NCBI GenBank assembly: GCA_041483195.1
Contig: JBGPFC010000007.1
Coordinates: 1 to 64,000, forward strand
DNA: 64,000 nucleotides
Reading direction: 5' to 3'
Source of the DNA: Candidatus Eiseniibacteriota bacterium
Lineage (GTDB): Bacteria; Eisenbacteria; RBG-16-71-46
The position numbers were made by a program, and so were the translations under genes. The first letter of the stretch is position 1. Each line of letters opens with the position of its first letter. The notes under the pieces were generated by a model. It was not told the DNA's origin. It saw only the letters and a list, made by a program, of their open reading frames with translations, and did no database searches. Below are positions 27,192 to 36,764 of the stretch, one piece after another.

Positions 27192-27614
27192 CTACTTCGC
27201 GGAAGCCGCGGCGGCGGCCTTCACTTCGGTCACGTCGATCGAGCGCATGCCCGCGCGCTCCGAAACGACCCCCGTGATCTCGACCATCGCCGCCATCATG
27301 TCCTTGCACTTGTTGAACGGGTCGGCGTTCTCGTGGTTCATCGTCAGCAGATAGAGCTTGCCGCCGTCGGTCAGCAGGCCCATCGGCATGCCGCCGGCGA
27401 CGCACTTGGTGGCGCAGCTCTTGTGCTTCTCGCCCTTCGCCTCGTGGCCCATGTAGCAGCCCATGTCCACCAGCTCACCCTTGAGCGTCATCGCCTTCGG
27501 GCCGGGATGCATCACCATCTTCGCGTCGCCCTTCGCCGTGGTGTCGTCGGCCTTCACGGCGACGGTGAACGCGACAGCGCTCAGCACTGCCAGCACGCTC
27601 AGTACACGCTTCAT
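27192..27614 (-). CDS. Exported Cys/His/Met-rich small protein (predicted OB-fold)
   Basis: RBS AGGAGG, signal peptide MKRVLSVLAV, and GELVDMGCYMGH...HKSCATKCVAGGMP. Confidence 0.8.
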   Translation of the reverse strand: MKRVLSVLAVLSAVAFTVAVKADDTTAKGDAKMVMHPGPKAMTLKGELVDMGCYMGHEAKGEKHKSCATKCVAGGMPMGLLTDGGKLYLLTMNHENADPFNKCKDMMAAMVEITGVVSERAGMRSIDVTEVKAAAAASAK

Positions 27615-27803
27615 TGCGAGTCCTCCTGATGGATCGAACGGCTGCGGCACACGGCGGACGAGCGGCTCCATCGCCCACATCGTCACGACGGATACTTCCG
27701 AAACCCGGGTTGCGCAAGCGGAGATTGGACGGCGGACCAGACCTTGACCGCGCTTTGACAGCCCGGGCGCCGTGGGTCGGCCGAGATCGTCCGCGCGGCG
27801 AGC

Positions 27804-28532
27804 CTAGGTCAGCTCGAGATAGCGCAGGTCGAGCGGGCCGAACAGGCCGCCCCCCTGCCCGCCGAACAACTCGTTGCCGCGGCGCAGCGCCTCGCTCGCG
27901 ATGTCCACCACCGGGAGATTTAGCTCGTCGACCGCCGCGATGCGGGGCGTGGTGGGCAGGGCGTAACGCTCGCTCGCGAGATAGTCCTCGAATTCGTCGA
28001 GCGTCCACGCGAACAACGCGTCCACCTCCCACACCAGGCGGACTTCCTTCCCGCGCGTGATGTCGGGCGGGTCGTCGGGCCCGGCGGCGCGGAGCCGGCC
28101 GACCGCGCAGCAATCGCAGCCGAACCAGAATTCGAGCTCCCCGGTCAGCTTGAGGTTTTCGGCGATGCGGGCTTCCGCCGGAGCATCCTTCCACACGTTG
28201 CTCAGCAGCTCACTCACTGCGAACTGGAACCGGAGCAGCGCCCGCGGATCGTCGTTCGCCGCGCCCCGCAGTCCGGTCGCGAGCACGCGGAGATTGCGGA
28301 TCGCCTCGAGACGCACCCACGGCGAGCGGCGGTTGCAGAGCGCGGTGAGGTTCTTGAGCGTTCCGTCGAGCCGCTCGCGCACCAGGCTCAGCACTTCGGC
28401 GAAGGTCCCATCGCCCTTCTCGAGAAAATCCACGGTGCGCCGCATGGCCTGGTTGAGCGGCAGATAGGCCGAGCGCAGCGTGGACCAGTCCTCGGTCAGC
28501 CGTTGCTTGGCGATGACGTCCCAATCAGCCAT
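27804..28532 (-). CDS. Hypothetical protein
   Basis: RBS GGAGGG, ordinary amino-acid composition, helical N-terminal half and a GCDCC motif. Confidence 0.7.
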   Translation of the reverse strand: MADWDVIAKQRLTEDWSTLRSAYLPLNQAMRRTVDFLEKGDGTFAEVLSLVRERLDGTLKNLTALCNRRSPWVRLEAIRNLRVLATGLRGAANDDPRALLRFQFAVSELLSNVWKDAPAEARIAENLKLTGELEFWFGCDCCAVGRLRAAGPDDPPDITRGKEVRLVWEVDALFAWTLDEFEDYLASERYALPTTPRIAAVDELNLPVVDIASEALRRGNELFGGQGGGLFGPLDLRYLELT

Positions 28533-28699
28533 GACGAACCCTCCGCGAGATCGAGCGTGGCCCTGAGCGCCGGACCACGCGGCAGGCGGCGAGTATAGCG
28601 AAGGGCCGCGCCGCGTCCAATCGCGCGGCCCGCGCGCGGCGCCGGGTCGCGGCGGGCGGAGGTTCGGCCGCTCTCGATCCGCACGTCACCCCCGCGACC

Positions 28700-29785
28700 T
28701 CACGCCGGAAGCGGCGCCGGGATCTCGACCGCGATGCGCGCGCCGGCGGCGCTCGAAGCTCGGGCGGCGTCGAGCGCGCTCTGCACGGCGACCGCTTCGT
28801 CGAACCCGGGCTCCATCGCGCGCTCCCCGCGAATCGCGGCGTGCAGCCGCTCGATCATCACCGCGAACGGCGCGACCAGCGCCGGATCGCCCGCGCGCGG
28901 GGACAGCTGCAAGTCATCGGGAATCGTCACCTCGGCCGGCTCCTTCCCCGCGACCAGGTGCCAGAGCCGGTAGCCGGCCTCGTCCCATCGCAGCGAAGAC
29001 TCGCTGCCGTGAATCTCGAAACGCTCCCAGCGATACGGCGCGCACCCGTTGAGGTCGACGAGCCCGGTGGCCCCGTTCGCGAAATCGTAGTGCACGGTGC
29101 ATGCGTCGTCGGCGGTCGCGATCCCGGCCTGCGGCTGGTCCGCGGTCGGGCCGCGCTGCGGTTGCTCGACGCGCACCGAGGCGAGTGCGCCCCGCGGCTC
29201 GCCGAAGAACAGGCGCAGGCAGTCGGTGTGATGGGAGCCGAGCGCGCCGAGGATGCCGCCCCCCCGTTCGCGATCCGAGAGCCAGCTCATGCCGCGCGAG
29301 GACGGGAGCGGCCAGATCGGGTAGCGCCCCAGGATCTCCCCGCGCCGGGGCACCCCGATCGCGCCCCGTCGCACCATCGCGAGCGCCATCCGGCGCGCCG
29401 GGAAGAATCGGAACTCGTGGTTGATCCCGGCGACCCGGCCGCGCGCCCCGGCGCGGTCGCGCATCTCGGCGGCCTGGAATCGATGGAGCGCTGTGGGTTT
29501 CTCGCACAGCACGTGAGACCCGCCATCGAGCGCGGCGATCATCATCGGGTGGTGGAGCCACACCGGCGATGCCACGCTCACCAGGTCGGGCTTCACCTCG
29601 TCCAGCATTCGCCGCCAGTCGGCGAACGCGCCGTCGATCCCGAGCTCGCCCGCCGCCCGGCGCGTCTTCTCATCGCTCGAACCCGCGATCGCGACCAGCG
29701 CGAAGCCGGGGTGGCGCTGGAACGCCACCGCCTGAACGCTACGACCGAACCCGGTGCCGATGACGGCGACGCGGAACACGTCCAT
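28700..29785 (-). CDS. Gfo/Idh/MocA-family oxidoreductase
   Basis: VIGTGFG, HVLCEKP, NHEFRF and GGGILGALGSH. Confidence 0.93.
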   Translation of the reverse strand: MDVFRVAVIGTGFGRSVQAVAFQRHPGFALVAIAGSSDEKTRRAAGELGIDGAFADWRRMLDEVKPDLVSVASPVWLHHPMMIAALDGGSHVLCEKPTALHRFQAAEMRDRAGARGRVAGINHEFRFFPARRMALAMVRRGAIGVPRRGEILGRYPIWPLPSSRGMSWLSDRERGGGILGALGSHHTDCLRLFFGEPRGALASVRVEQPQRGPTADQPQAGIATADDACTVHYDFANGATGLVDLNGCAPYRWERFEIHGSESSLRWDEAGYRLWHLVAGKEPAEVTIPDDLQLSPRAGDPALVAPFAVMIERLHAAIRGERAMEPGFDEAVAVQSALDAARASSAAGARIAVEIPAPLPA

Positions 29786-29926
29786 GCCCGACCCTCCGTG
29801 CTATGCTGAGCGCATTGTCGACTGCGGTTTCATGGGTCCGCCGCGCGGCGAAGCCGGGCGCGGATCCGTACGCGACATACCGATCGGCCGGCGCGGGCGC
29901 CGGCCGTCATCCGCGGAGGATACCCG

Positions 29927-31072
29927 ATGCGCGACCCGCGCAACGCGCGCCTCGCCCAGGTCATCGTGCGCCACTCGACGCGCCTCGAGCCCGGCGAAGC
30001 CGTCATGATCGAGGCGTTCGACGTTCCCGACGACCTCGTGCTCGATCTCATCGACGCCACGATCGAGGCGAAGGCAATTCCGATCGTGGTCACCCGGAGC
30101 AACGCGGTGCATCGCCAGCTGCTGCGATCCGGCACCGAGGCGCAATTCAAGCTGCAGAGCGCGGTCGAGCTGTTCCAGATGCAGCAGGTGCAGGCGTACG
30201 TCGGGCTGCGTGGCGCCCGCAACAGCTCTGAGCTCTCGGACGTCCCCGGCGATCGCATGGGGCTCTACACCCGCACGGTCGTGCAGCCCGTGCATCTCGA
30301 CTACCGCGTGAACCGCACCAAGTGGGTGGTGCTGCGCTATCCGACGCCCTCGATGGCGCAGCAGGCGAACATGAGCACCGAGGCGTTCGAGGATTTCTTC
30401 TACCGCGTCTGCACGCTCGACTACGCGCACATGGCCGAGGCGATGGTGCCGCTCGAGGCGCGCATGCGGCGCACCGACCGCGTGCACATCAAGGGTCCCG
30501 GCACCGATCTGCGCTTCAGCATCAAGGGAATCGGCGTGGTGCCGTGCGAGGGACGGCGCAATCTTCCCGACGGCGAATGCTTCACCGCACCGGTGCGGGA
30601 TTCGGTCGATGGCACGATCACGTACAACACGCCATCGCTCTACCTCGGCACGACGTTCACGCAGCTGAGCTTCACGTTCGAGGGCGGGCGCATCGTGAAG
30701 GCCACCGGCGACCCGCAGCCGAGGCTCGACGAGGTGCTGGGCACCGACGAGGGCGCGCGCCACATCGGGGAATTCTCGCTGGGTTTCAACCCCTACATCC
30801 TGACGCCGATGAAGGACACGCTCTTCGACGAGAAGATCGCGGGCTCGCTCCACTTCACGCCGGGACAGGCCTACGTCATCGCCGACAACGGCAACCGCTC
30901 GCAGGTGCATTGGGACCTGGTGCTCATCCAGCGGCCCGAATACGGCGGCGGCGAGATCTGGTTCGACGGCGAGCTGGTGCGCAAGGACGGGCGCTTCGTA
31001 TCGTCCGAGCTCGACGGGCTGAACCCGGAGCGCCTGACGGCGCGCGCGCCGCAGGAGATGGTCGCGAGCTGA
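29927..31072 (+). CDS. M29-family aminopeptidase (AmpS/AmpT-like)
   Basis: MAQQANMSTE, GPGTDL, NLPDGECFTAP, DEGARHIGEFSLG, LFDEKI and SQVHWDLV. Confidence 0.95.
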   Translation: MRDPRNARLAQVIVRHSTRLEPGEAVMIEAFDVPDDLVLDLIDATIEAKAIPIVVTRSNAVHRQLLRSGTEAQFKLQSAVELFQMQQVQAYVGLRGARNSSELSDVPGDRMGLYTRTVVQPVHLDYRVNRTKWVVLRYPTPSMAQQANMSTEAFEDFFYRVCTLDYAHMAEAMVPLEARMRRTDRVHIKGPGTDLRFSIKGIGVVPCEGRRNLPDGECFTAPVRDSVDGTITYNTPSLYLGTTFTQLSFTFEGGRIVKATGDPQPRLDEVLGTDEGARHIGEFSLGFNPYILTPMKDTLFDEKIAGSLHFTPGQAYVIADNGNRSQVHWDLVLIQRPEYGGGEIWFDGELVRKDGRFVSSELDGLNPERLTARAPQEMVAS

Positions 31073-31085
31073 CGCGCGAACGCCG

Positions 31086-32786
31086 CTAAGGCCGCAACAG
31101 CACGATCCGCGCGGTCCGCACCGCGCCCGGCGTGGTGAGACGCGCGAAGTAGATGCCGTGCGGCAGGCTGGCGCCGCGCGCGTCGCGCCCGTCCCACGCG
31201 ATGACGCTGGCACCGCGCGGCAGGTCGCGTGAGACCAGCGTGCGCACCCGGCGCCCCTGCACGTCGAACACATCGAGCCGAGCCGGGGCCGCGTCCGGCA
31301 GATCGGCGAGCAGCGCCGTCCCCGCGCCCAACATTCCGTTGCGCAGAATGCGCAGCTTGGGCCCCGGCCCGTTCGCGTCTCGACCCTCCGGATCGCTCAT
31401 CGCCGTCGGATCCGGCGTGGGCTCCGGAGGTGGCGGTGGTGGAGGCGGTGGCGGTGGTGGCGGCTCCGGCGCCGGAAGCACTCGGAGCTCGGCGGTCTCG
31501 CAGGTGCGGTCACGGAGCCGCAGCACGATCTCGACGCCCGTGCTGTCGACGCTGCTGTCGGCGAGCCCGACCGTCCACGTGAACTTCGTGGTGTCCGCGT
31601 CGAGCGGAATATCGGCCGGCAGGCCCAGGTCACCCGGCGGGATCGCGGTTTCGAGTCCGGTCGAATCCCTCAGGAACGCGTCGATCTGAGCCGAGCGTCC
31701 ATACCAACCGCTGGATTGGATCAACAGCGTGAGGTCATCCCCCGCCCTCGCGAGCGGCAGGGACCAGGTCATGTGCTGGACGTGGAGCAGATCGGGCTGC
31801 GTGAGCGTGAAGCCCCAGTCCGGGTCCCAGACGATCCGCATCAGCTGGATGACCTGGCCGTTGACCACCCCGAAGTACTCCACGTCGCCGTCGCGGAAGT
31901 ACTCGGACGCGAACCACGATCGCGTGTCGACGTTCAGCATGTTGGAGAGCCGCCCGCGGTAGGTCCACCCCGCGAGACCGCCGAGCGGATCGGAACTGGT
32001 GGCGAAGCTGAGCGGCTGCCCGGAGCTGGTGGTGAAGAAGAGATACGAGAGCCCGGCGTGCTCGAACAGGTGCGGGGACTCGACGAGGTCGTTGTAGCTG
32101 TACGCCGTATAGGTGATCCAGAGCGGGCCGAGATCGGTCCAGCGCGTGAAGTCGCCGTCTGAGGCCGCCACTGCGGCGACCATCGAGGCATGGTCGCTGT
32201 CGGGCGCGGTGCTGTAGAGCATGAGCCAGCGCCCCGGCACGGATGGATCGGGCATGACGAATGGATCCCTGAAGGGCGCGCCCGAGGTGGTGTCGCACCA
32301 GCACCACGGCACCCCGTCGCAACCGAGGACCGGCTGATCCATGCGATTCCACTGCACGAGATCGGTGGAGGTCGCGACGCCGATCCGCTGGTGGAGCCCG
32401 AAGCTCCCGGGCCCGTCGGCGACCCCGGTGTAGAAGAGGTAGTACACACTGTCGCGCTCGACGATGCTGGGCGCCCACACGTGGCTGCTGTCCCATCCGC
32501 TGTCGCTGACCGCCATGACCGGCTCGAGCTGGGTCCACTGGTAGAGGTCGTTCGACACCGCGTGGCCCAGATCACGCTCGGTCAGGTTCGAAGGCAGCGA
32601 GGTGTTGTTGCGGATGTAGAACAGGTGGTACGTCCCGTCGCGCTTGACGAGCGTGAAATCCTTGGCTCGAATGGGATAGGGTGCCACCATCCACGACGCC
32701 CACGAGGGGTCGGCGTTCAGAACGCCGAGCCAGCTCGCGACCATCGCGACCATGAGCCGGAGGCGGGGCGGGGAAGCCAGGTTCAT
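31086..32786 (-). CDS. Secreted GH32/GH43-like five-bladed beta-propeller with a poly-Pro linker and FlgD-Ig-like C-terminal domain
   Basis: YHLFY, GHAVSNDL, VWAPSI, FRDPF and ESP. C-terminus has RLDVFDVQGRRVRTL...WDGRD...GIYFARL. Start uncertain. Confidence 0.82.
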   Translation of the reverse strand: MNLASPPRLRLMVAMVASWLGVLNADPSWASWMVAPYPIRAKDFTLVKRDGTYHLFYIRNNTSLPSNLTERDLGHAVSNDLYQWTQLEPVMAVSDSGWDSSHVWAPSIVERDSVYYLFYTGVADGPGSFGLHQRIGVATSTDLVQWNRMDQPVLGCDGVPWCWCDTTSGAPFRDPFVMPDPSVPGRWLMLYSTAPDSDHASMVAAVAASDGDFTRWTDLGPLWITYTAYSYNDLVESPHLFEHAGLSYLFFTTSSGQPLSFATSSDPLGGLAGWTYRGRLSNMLNVDTRSWFASEYFRDGDVEYFGVVNGQVIQLMRIVWDPDWGFTLTQPDLLHVQHMTWSLPLARAGDDLTLLIQSSGWYGRSAQIDAFLRDSTGLETAIPPGDLGLPADIPLDADTTKFTWTVGLADSSVDSTGVEIVLRLRDRTCETAELRVLPAPEPPPPPPPPPPPPPEPTPDPTAMSDPEGRDANGPGPKLRILRNGMLGAGTALLADLPDAAPARLDVFDVQGRRVRTLVSRDLPRGASVIAWDGRDARGASLPHGIYFARLTTPGAVRTARIVLLRP

Positions 32787-32936
32787 GTTGGCCGGACTTT
32801 CGATCGAGCGTGGAGCGGGAACACAACCGGTACTGGGACCGGCGACCGGAGTATCGGCCGCCACTCGTCACCGAGTCAACGCATTTGCGCGCAACGCGCT
32901 GTCAGGCAGCCTTCGACTCGCACGACAGGGGTGGGC

Positions 32937-34880
32937 GTGATCCAGCTGCAGAAACTCCGTTACTCGATCGGCGATCGGGTGCTCTTCGAGGACCTGGACT
33001 GGGTGCTCGCACCGGGCGACCGCGTGGCGCTGGTCGGGCCGAACGGCGCGGGCAAGACCACGCTCATCCGCGTGATGCTGGGCGAGTACCAGCCGGAATC
33101 GGGCGCGCGCGTGCTCGCGCGCGGCACGCGGCTCGGCTACCTGCCGCAGGAGGCGGCTGAGCGATTCGACGGCACGGTGCTCGACCGCGCGATGGAGGCG
33201 CATCGCCACCTGCTCGGCATGCGCGAAGAGCTCGACGCCCTCCACCAGCGGCTCTCCGGGATCCGCGCCGAGGACGCCGATCTCGAAGCGCTGCTCGAGC
33301 GCGCGGGCGAGCTGCAGCACCACCTCGAGCTCGGCGACGAGCACGCGCTCGAGCCCGAGGCGCGGCGCGTGCTGACCGGTCTCGGATTCTCGAGGCGCGA
33401 TCAGGACCGGCCGCTGGCGGAGTTCTCCGGCGGCTGGCGCATGCGCGCGGCGCTCGCCGCGCTGCTGCTCACCGACCCCACGCTGCTGTTTCTCGACGAG
33501 CCGACCAACCACCTCGATCTGCCCGCGATGGAGTGGCTCGAGGACTACCTCGAGGAATTTCACGGCGGGCTGGTGGTGGTCTCGCACGATCGCGTCTTCC
33601 TGGACCGCGTCGCGACCGAGGTCCGCGAGCTGGACCGCGGCACGCTCAGCGACTATCCCATGAAGTTCACGCAGTACCTGGAGGAGCGCGAGCTGCGCCG
33701 CGAGCGGCTCGAGGCGCAGAACGCGCAGGTCGAGAAGCGCATCGCCGAGCTGTCGCGCTTCGTCGAACGCTTCGGCGCGAAGAACACCAAGGCCGCGCAG
33801 GCCCAGAGCAAGCGCAAGATGATCGCGCGGCTCAAGACCGAGCGCGTGGTCATCCCGCACCGCGCGAAGAGCATCCGGTTTCACTTCCCCGACCCGCCGC
33901 ACGCCGGGCGCACCGTGGTCCGCCTCAAGGACGTGGCGTTCGGATACGGCGAGGCCGACGTGTTCGCGGGCGCGCGCCTCGAGATCGAACGCGGCGACAA
34001 GGTCGCGATCGTCGGCGCGAACGGCGCGGGCAAGACCACGCTGCTGCGCGTGATCGAGGGACAGCTCGAGCCCCGCGCCGGCGAGCGTGAGACCTATCCC
34101 CATACGAAGCTCGCCTACTTCGCGCAGCACGCCGCCGAGACCCTCGACGCCACCCAGACGGTGCTGGGCGCGGTCGAGGACGTGGCGCCCGCGGAGTGGC
34201 GGCCGCGGCTGCGGAGCCTGCTCGGCAACTTCCTGTTCTCGGGCGACGACGTGTTCAAGCTGTGCCGCGTGCTCTCGGGCGGCGAACGCCAGCGGGTCGC
34301 GCTCGCACGCATCCTGATGGCGCCCGCGAATCTCATCCTGCTCGACGAGCCCACCCACCACCTCGACCTGGCGGGCAAGGAAGTGCTCGAGGACGCTCTC
34401 GAGCAGTATCCGGGGGCGATCGTGGTCGTGACCCACGACCGCTCGCTGATGGCCCGGCTCGCGACCCGCATCATCGAGGTCAACGACGGGCGCGTCGTGC
34501 TCTATCCGGGCGGCTACGACGACTACGAATCGGCGCGGCTCGCGCGCGTGGCGGGCGCCGTCCCGCCGCGGGCGGACGCCACGCGCGAGCAGCCGCGGGC
34601 GGCCGTGAAGCCCGCGGCGCCCGCGACGCCCCCCCGGAAGCAGCCGGGCCGCGGGACGGAGCGCGCCGCCCGCGGTGGGCAGCCGAAACGCGACAAGGAG
34701 CTGCTGCGCATCGAGCAGGACATCGAGGCCCGCGAGGCGAAGCTTCGCGCGCTCGAGTCGCAGCTCGCCGATCCCGACATGTACCACGATGGCCCGCGCG
34801 CGAAACAGCTCGTGACCGAATACGAGCGACTGCGCGCCGAGCTGGACTCGCTGTGGGCCCGCATGGCGGAGCTGGGATAG
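32937..34880 (+). CDS. ABC-F family ATPase (YheS/Uup-like)
   Basis: Two ABC domains (GPNGAGKT, FSGGW, LDEPTNHLD; GANGAGKT, LSGGE, LDEPTHHLD), no TM segments, and a C-terminal coiled domain. Confidence 0.95.
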   Translation: MIQLQKLRYSIGDRVLFEDLDWVLAPGDRVALVGPNGAGKTTLIRVMLGEYQPESGARVLARGTRLGYLPQEAAERFDGTVLDRAMEAHRHLLGMREELDALHQRLSGIRAEDADLEALLERAGELQHHLELGDEHALEPEARRVLTGLGFSRRDQDRPLAEFSGGWRMRAALAALLLTDPTLLFLDEPTNHLDLPAMEWLEDYLEEFHGGLVVVSHDRVFLDRVATEVRELDRGTLSDYPMKFTQYLEERELRRERLEAQNAQVEKRIAELSRFVERFGAKNTKAAQAQSKRKMIARLKTERVVIPHRAKSIRFHFPDPPHAGRTVVRLKDVAFGYGEADVFAGARLEIERGDKVAIVGANGAGKTTLLRVIEGQLEPRAGERETYPHTKLAYFAQHAAETLDATQTVLGAVEDVAPAEWRPRLRSLLGNFLFSGDDVFKLCRVLSGGERQRVALARILMAPANLILLDEPTHHLDLAGKEVLEDALEQYPGAIVVVTHDRSLMARLATRIIEVNDGRVVLYPGGYDDYESARLARVAGAVPPRADATREQPRAAVKPAAPATPPRKQPGRGTERAARGGQPKRDKELLRIEQDIEAREAKLRALESQLADPDMYHDGPRAKQLVTEYERLRAELDSLWARMAELG

Positions 34881-34886
34881 CGCCCT

Positions 34887-34902
34887 GGTAGTGGTCTAGT
34901 TT
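34887..34902 (+). repeat. Left terminal inverted repeat
   Basis: GGTAGTGGTCTAGTTT, with the GGTA start typical of IS1-family ends. Confidence 0.95.
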
Positions 34903-34952
34903 GAACACGCGGCCCCCTTCCCAAAACGGGCGTGACGTGCCACATTACGTGC

Positions 34953-35189
34953 ATGCCTGCCCGCGCAAGAAAACGCCCTCGCGATCCGAACCGGCTCGCC
35001 TTCCAAGTCGTTCAGGAAGCTACCAAGCAAACCCCAGTGGCCCCGGACACGAGAAATCCGGCCGCCGTGGCCTTGTCGAAACTCGGAGCCTCCAAGGGCG
35101 GGATGGCCCGCGCCGCGAGCCTGTCGGTCGCGCGGAGGCGGGCCATCGCCAAGAAGGCGGCTTGGTCGCGGTGGGGCAAGAAGAAGTAG
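34953..35189 (+). CDS. Small basic KGG-motif protein (passenger, possible nucleic-acid binder)
   Basis: KRPRDPNRLA...NPAAVALSKLGASKGGMARAASLS..RR.IAKKAA..RW. Extended -10 TGcCACATT lies 6 nt before the ATG. Confidence 0.8.
   Translation: MPARARKRPRDPNRLAFQVVQEATKQTPVAPDTRNPAAVALSKLGASKGGMARAASLSVARRRAIAKKAAWSRWGKKK
34954..34971. promoter_or_regulatory. Operator-like palindrome, copy 1
   Basis: TGCCTGC-CCGC-GCAAGAA. Confidence 0.55.
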
Positions 35190-35228
35190 GATGTGGCGCG
35201 GTTGAGAACCAATCGAAAGGGGAAAAGC

Positions 35229-35375
35229 ATGGCTAAGAACGAGAAAACCTCTTCGGAGGTTTCCAAGGCAGCCAGTGCCATTTTGCGCGCCCGCAACTCC
35301 ACCAAGAGGGTGAAGAGCGTGGCCGGTTCGGCACTCACCCAAGCCCCGGACAAGGGGAACAAGAAGAAGCCCTGA
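35229..35375 (+). CDS. 48-aa basic hypothetical protein (passenger)
   Basis: RBS AAGGGG. Sequence MAKNEKTSSEVSKAASAILRARNSTKRVKSVAGSALTQAPDKGNKKKP. TGATG coupling to the next gene. Confidence 0.7.
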   Translation: MAKNEKTSSEVSKAASAILRARNSTKRVKSVAGSALTQAPDKGNKKKP

Positions 35376-35632
35376 TGCGGCTGGTGCTCGTGGAATGGCT
35401 GGATTCATTCGGTTGCTCGGCAACGTGGGAGCAGCTTGATGGCTGCTCCCCGCATCTTTTGACGTGTCGATCTGTCGGCTGGCTTATCCACGACGGCGAC
35501 GACTGCAAGGTGATTGTCCCGCACGTTTCGCAGCCCAATGAGGGGTGCGGGCAACAAGGCTGCGGAGACATGACGATTCCCACCCGCGCGATAGTCAGGA
35601 TGGCCGACCTGTCCGAGTCCTCGGCGGCCTAG
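35375..35632 (+). CDS. 85-aa Cys-rich hypothetical protein (passenger)
   Basis: LVLVEWLDS..W...CRSVGWL...MTIP..AI pattern, translationally coupled to the previous gene. Confidence 0.7.
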   Translation: MRLVLVEWLDSFGCSATWEQLDGCSPHLLTCRSVGWLIHDGDDCKVIVPHVSQPNEGCGQQGCGDMTIPTRAIVRMADLSESSAA

Positions 35633-35648
35633 CTCGATTCTTTCTTGC

Positions 35649-35677
35649 TTGACTTTGCCTGCCCGAGCAAGCATCAT
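35649..35677 (+). promoter_or_regulatory. Transposase promoter containing operator-like palindrome copy 2
   Basis: TTGACT-17 bp-CATCAT with the ATG 6 nt downstream. The spacer holds TGCCTGC-CCGA-GCAAGCA (35656-35673). Confidence 0.6.
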
Positions 35678-35683
35678 GGCTAC

Positions 35684-36508
35684 ATGAACAGGTTGAGTGT
35701 TGAGGAGCAGGTTCGAATCGTGGCGGTGCTGGTCGAAGGCAACAGCCTTCGGGCAACGGCGCGAATCACCGGCTTTGCCCGCATGACGATTGAGAAGCTC
35801 CTGCGCGATCTCGGCTCGGCGTGCGCCGAGTATCAGGACGTGACGCTTCGCGGCCTGCCTTGCAAGCGCATTCAGTGCGATGAGATTTGGAGCTTCATCT
35901 ACGCGAAGCAGAAGAACCTGCCCGAGAAATTCGCCAAGGAGCCCGGCTACGGCGACACATGGACGTGGACGGCGATTTGTGCGGACACGAAGCTCGTTCC
36001 GTGCTGGCTGGTTGGCCCGAGAAACAAGCGCGCCGCTCGAGAATTCCTCTTCAACCTGTCGGTGCGGATGCGTGGCCGCTTTCAGTTGACTACTGACGGC
36101 CACACCGCCTACCCGGATGCCGTCGAGCGTGTCTTTGGCCATGAGATTGACTACGCGACGCTGACCAAGATTTTCGGGACTGACCCCCAGAACGAAGCCC
36201 GCTACAGCCCGGCGCACCTCACCGGCACGCAAGCCGCAATTATCAGCGGCGATCCGAACCGACGGCACATCTCCACAAGCTATGTCGAGCGGCAAAACCT
36301 GACCATGCGCATGAGCATGCGCCGGTTCACGAGGCTCAGCAATGGATTCAGCCGCAAGGTCGAGATGCACCAGCGTGCGATCGATCTCCACTTCATGCAT
36401 TACAACTTCTGCCGCATCCATCAGACGCTGCGCGTGACCCCGGCCATGGCGGCGGGCGTAACCAACCGGCTTTGGGATGTGGAAGACATCCTCGCCCTGC
36501 TCGACTAG
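35684..36508 (+). CDS. IS1-family DDE transposase (single ORF, HTH plus catalytic domain)
   Basis: LVEGNSLRATARITG HTH, IQCDEIWSF, WTWTAI, LTTDG, STSYVERQNLTMR and HYNFCRIH...TPAMAAG. Confidence 0.93.
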   Translation: MNRLSVEEQVRIVAVLVEGNSLRATARITGFARMTIEKLLRDLGSACAEYQDVTLRGLPCKRIQCDEIWSFIYAKQKNLPEKFAKEPGYGDTWTWTAICADTKLVPCWLVGPRNKRAAREFLFNLSVRMRGRFQLTTDGHTAYPDAVERVFGHEIDYATLTKIFGTDPQNEARYSPAHLTGTQAAIISGDPNRRHISTSYVERQNLTMRMSMRRFTRLSNGFSRKVEMHQRAIDLHFMHYNFCRIHQTLRVTPAMAAGVTNRLWDVEDILALLD

Positions 36509-36517
36509 GAGGAGCAC

Positions 36518-36760
36518 ATGAACAATCGCCAACGCCTTGCGTTTGCTCTCGCCTGCTGGATCGCGTGCGGGCTGATTCTGGCTCCCTGTGACCGGGCGAC
36601 CAGCCACTTTTTCAACCTCCCGGACGGCTACTATCCGAACGACATGGCGATGCTGCGATCCGGCTACGCGCCGATCGCCCGGACGGTGGATCTGGTGATC
36701 GCCGCGCTTCTCGGCGGAGCCGGGCTCACGGTGCTGCTCGGTTGGAAAAAATCGAACTGA
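36518..36760 (+). CDS. Small two-TM membrane protein (passenger)
   Basis: RBS GGAGGAG and two hydrophobic stretches. Confidence 0.65.
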   Translation: MNNRQRLAFALACWIACGLILAPCDRATSHFFNLPDGYYPNDMAMLRSGYAPIARTVDLVIAALLGGAGLTVLLGWKKSN

Positions 36761-36764
36761 TCCA

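Noticed and set aside
31420..31470. GGT/GGC microsatellite (also 8035-8065)
   Set aside because: These encode poly-proline linkers within genes and are not independent repeat elements.
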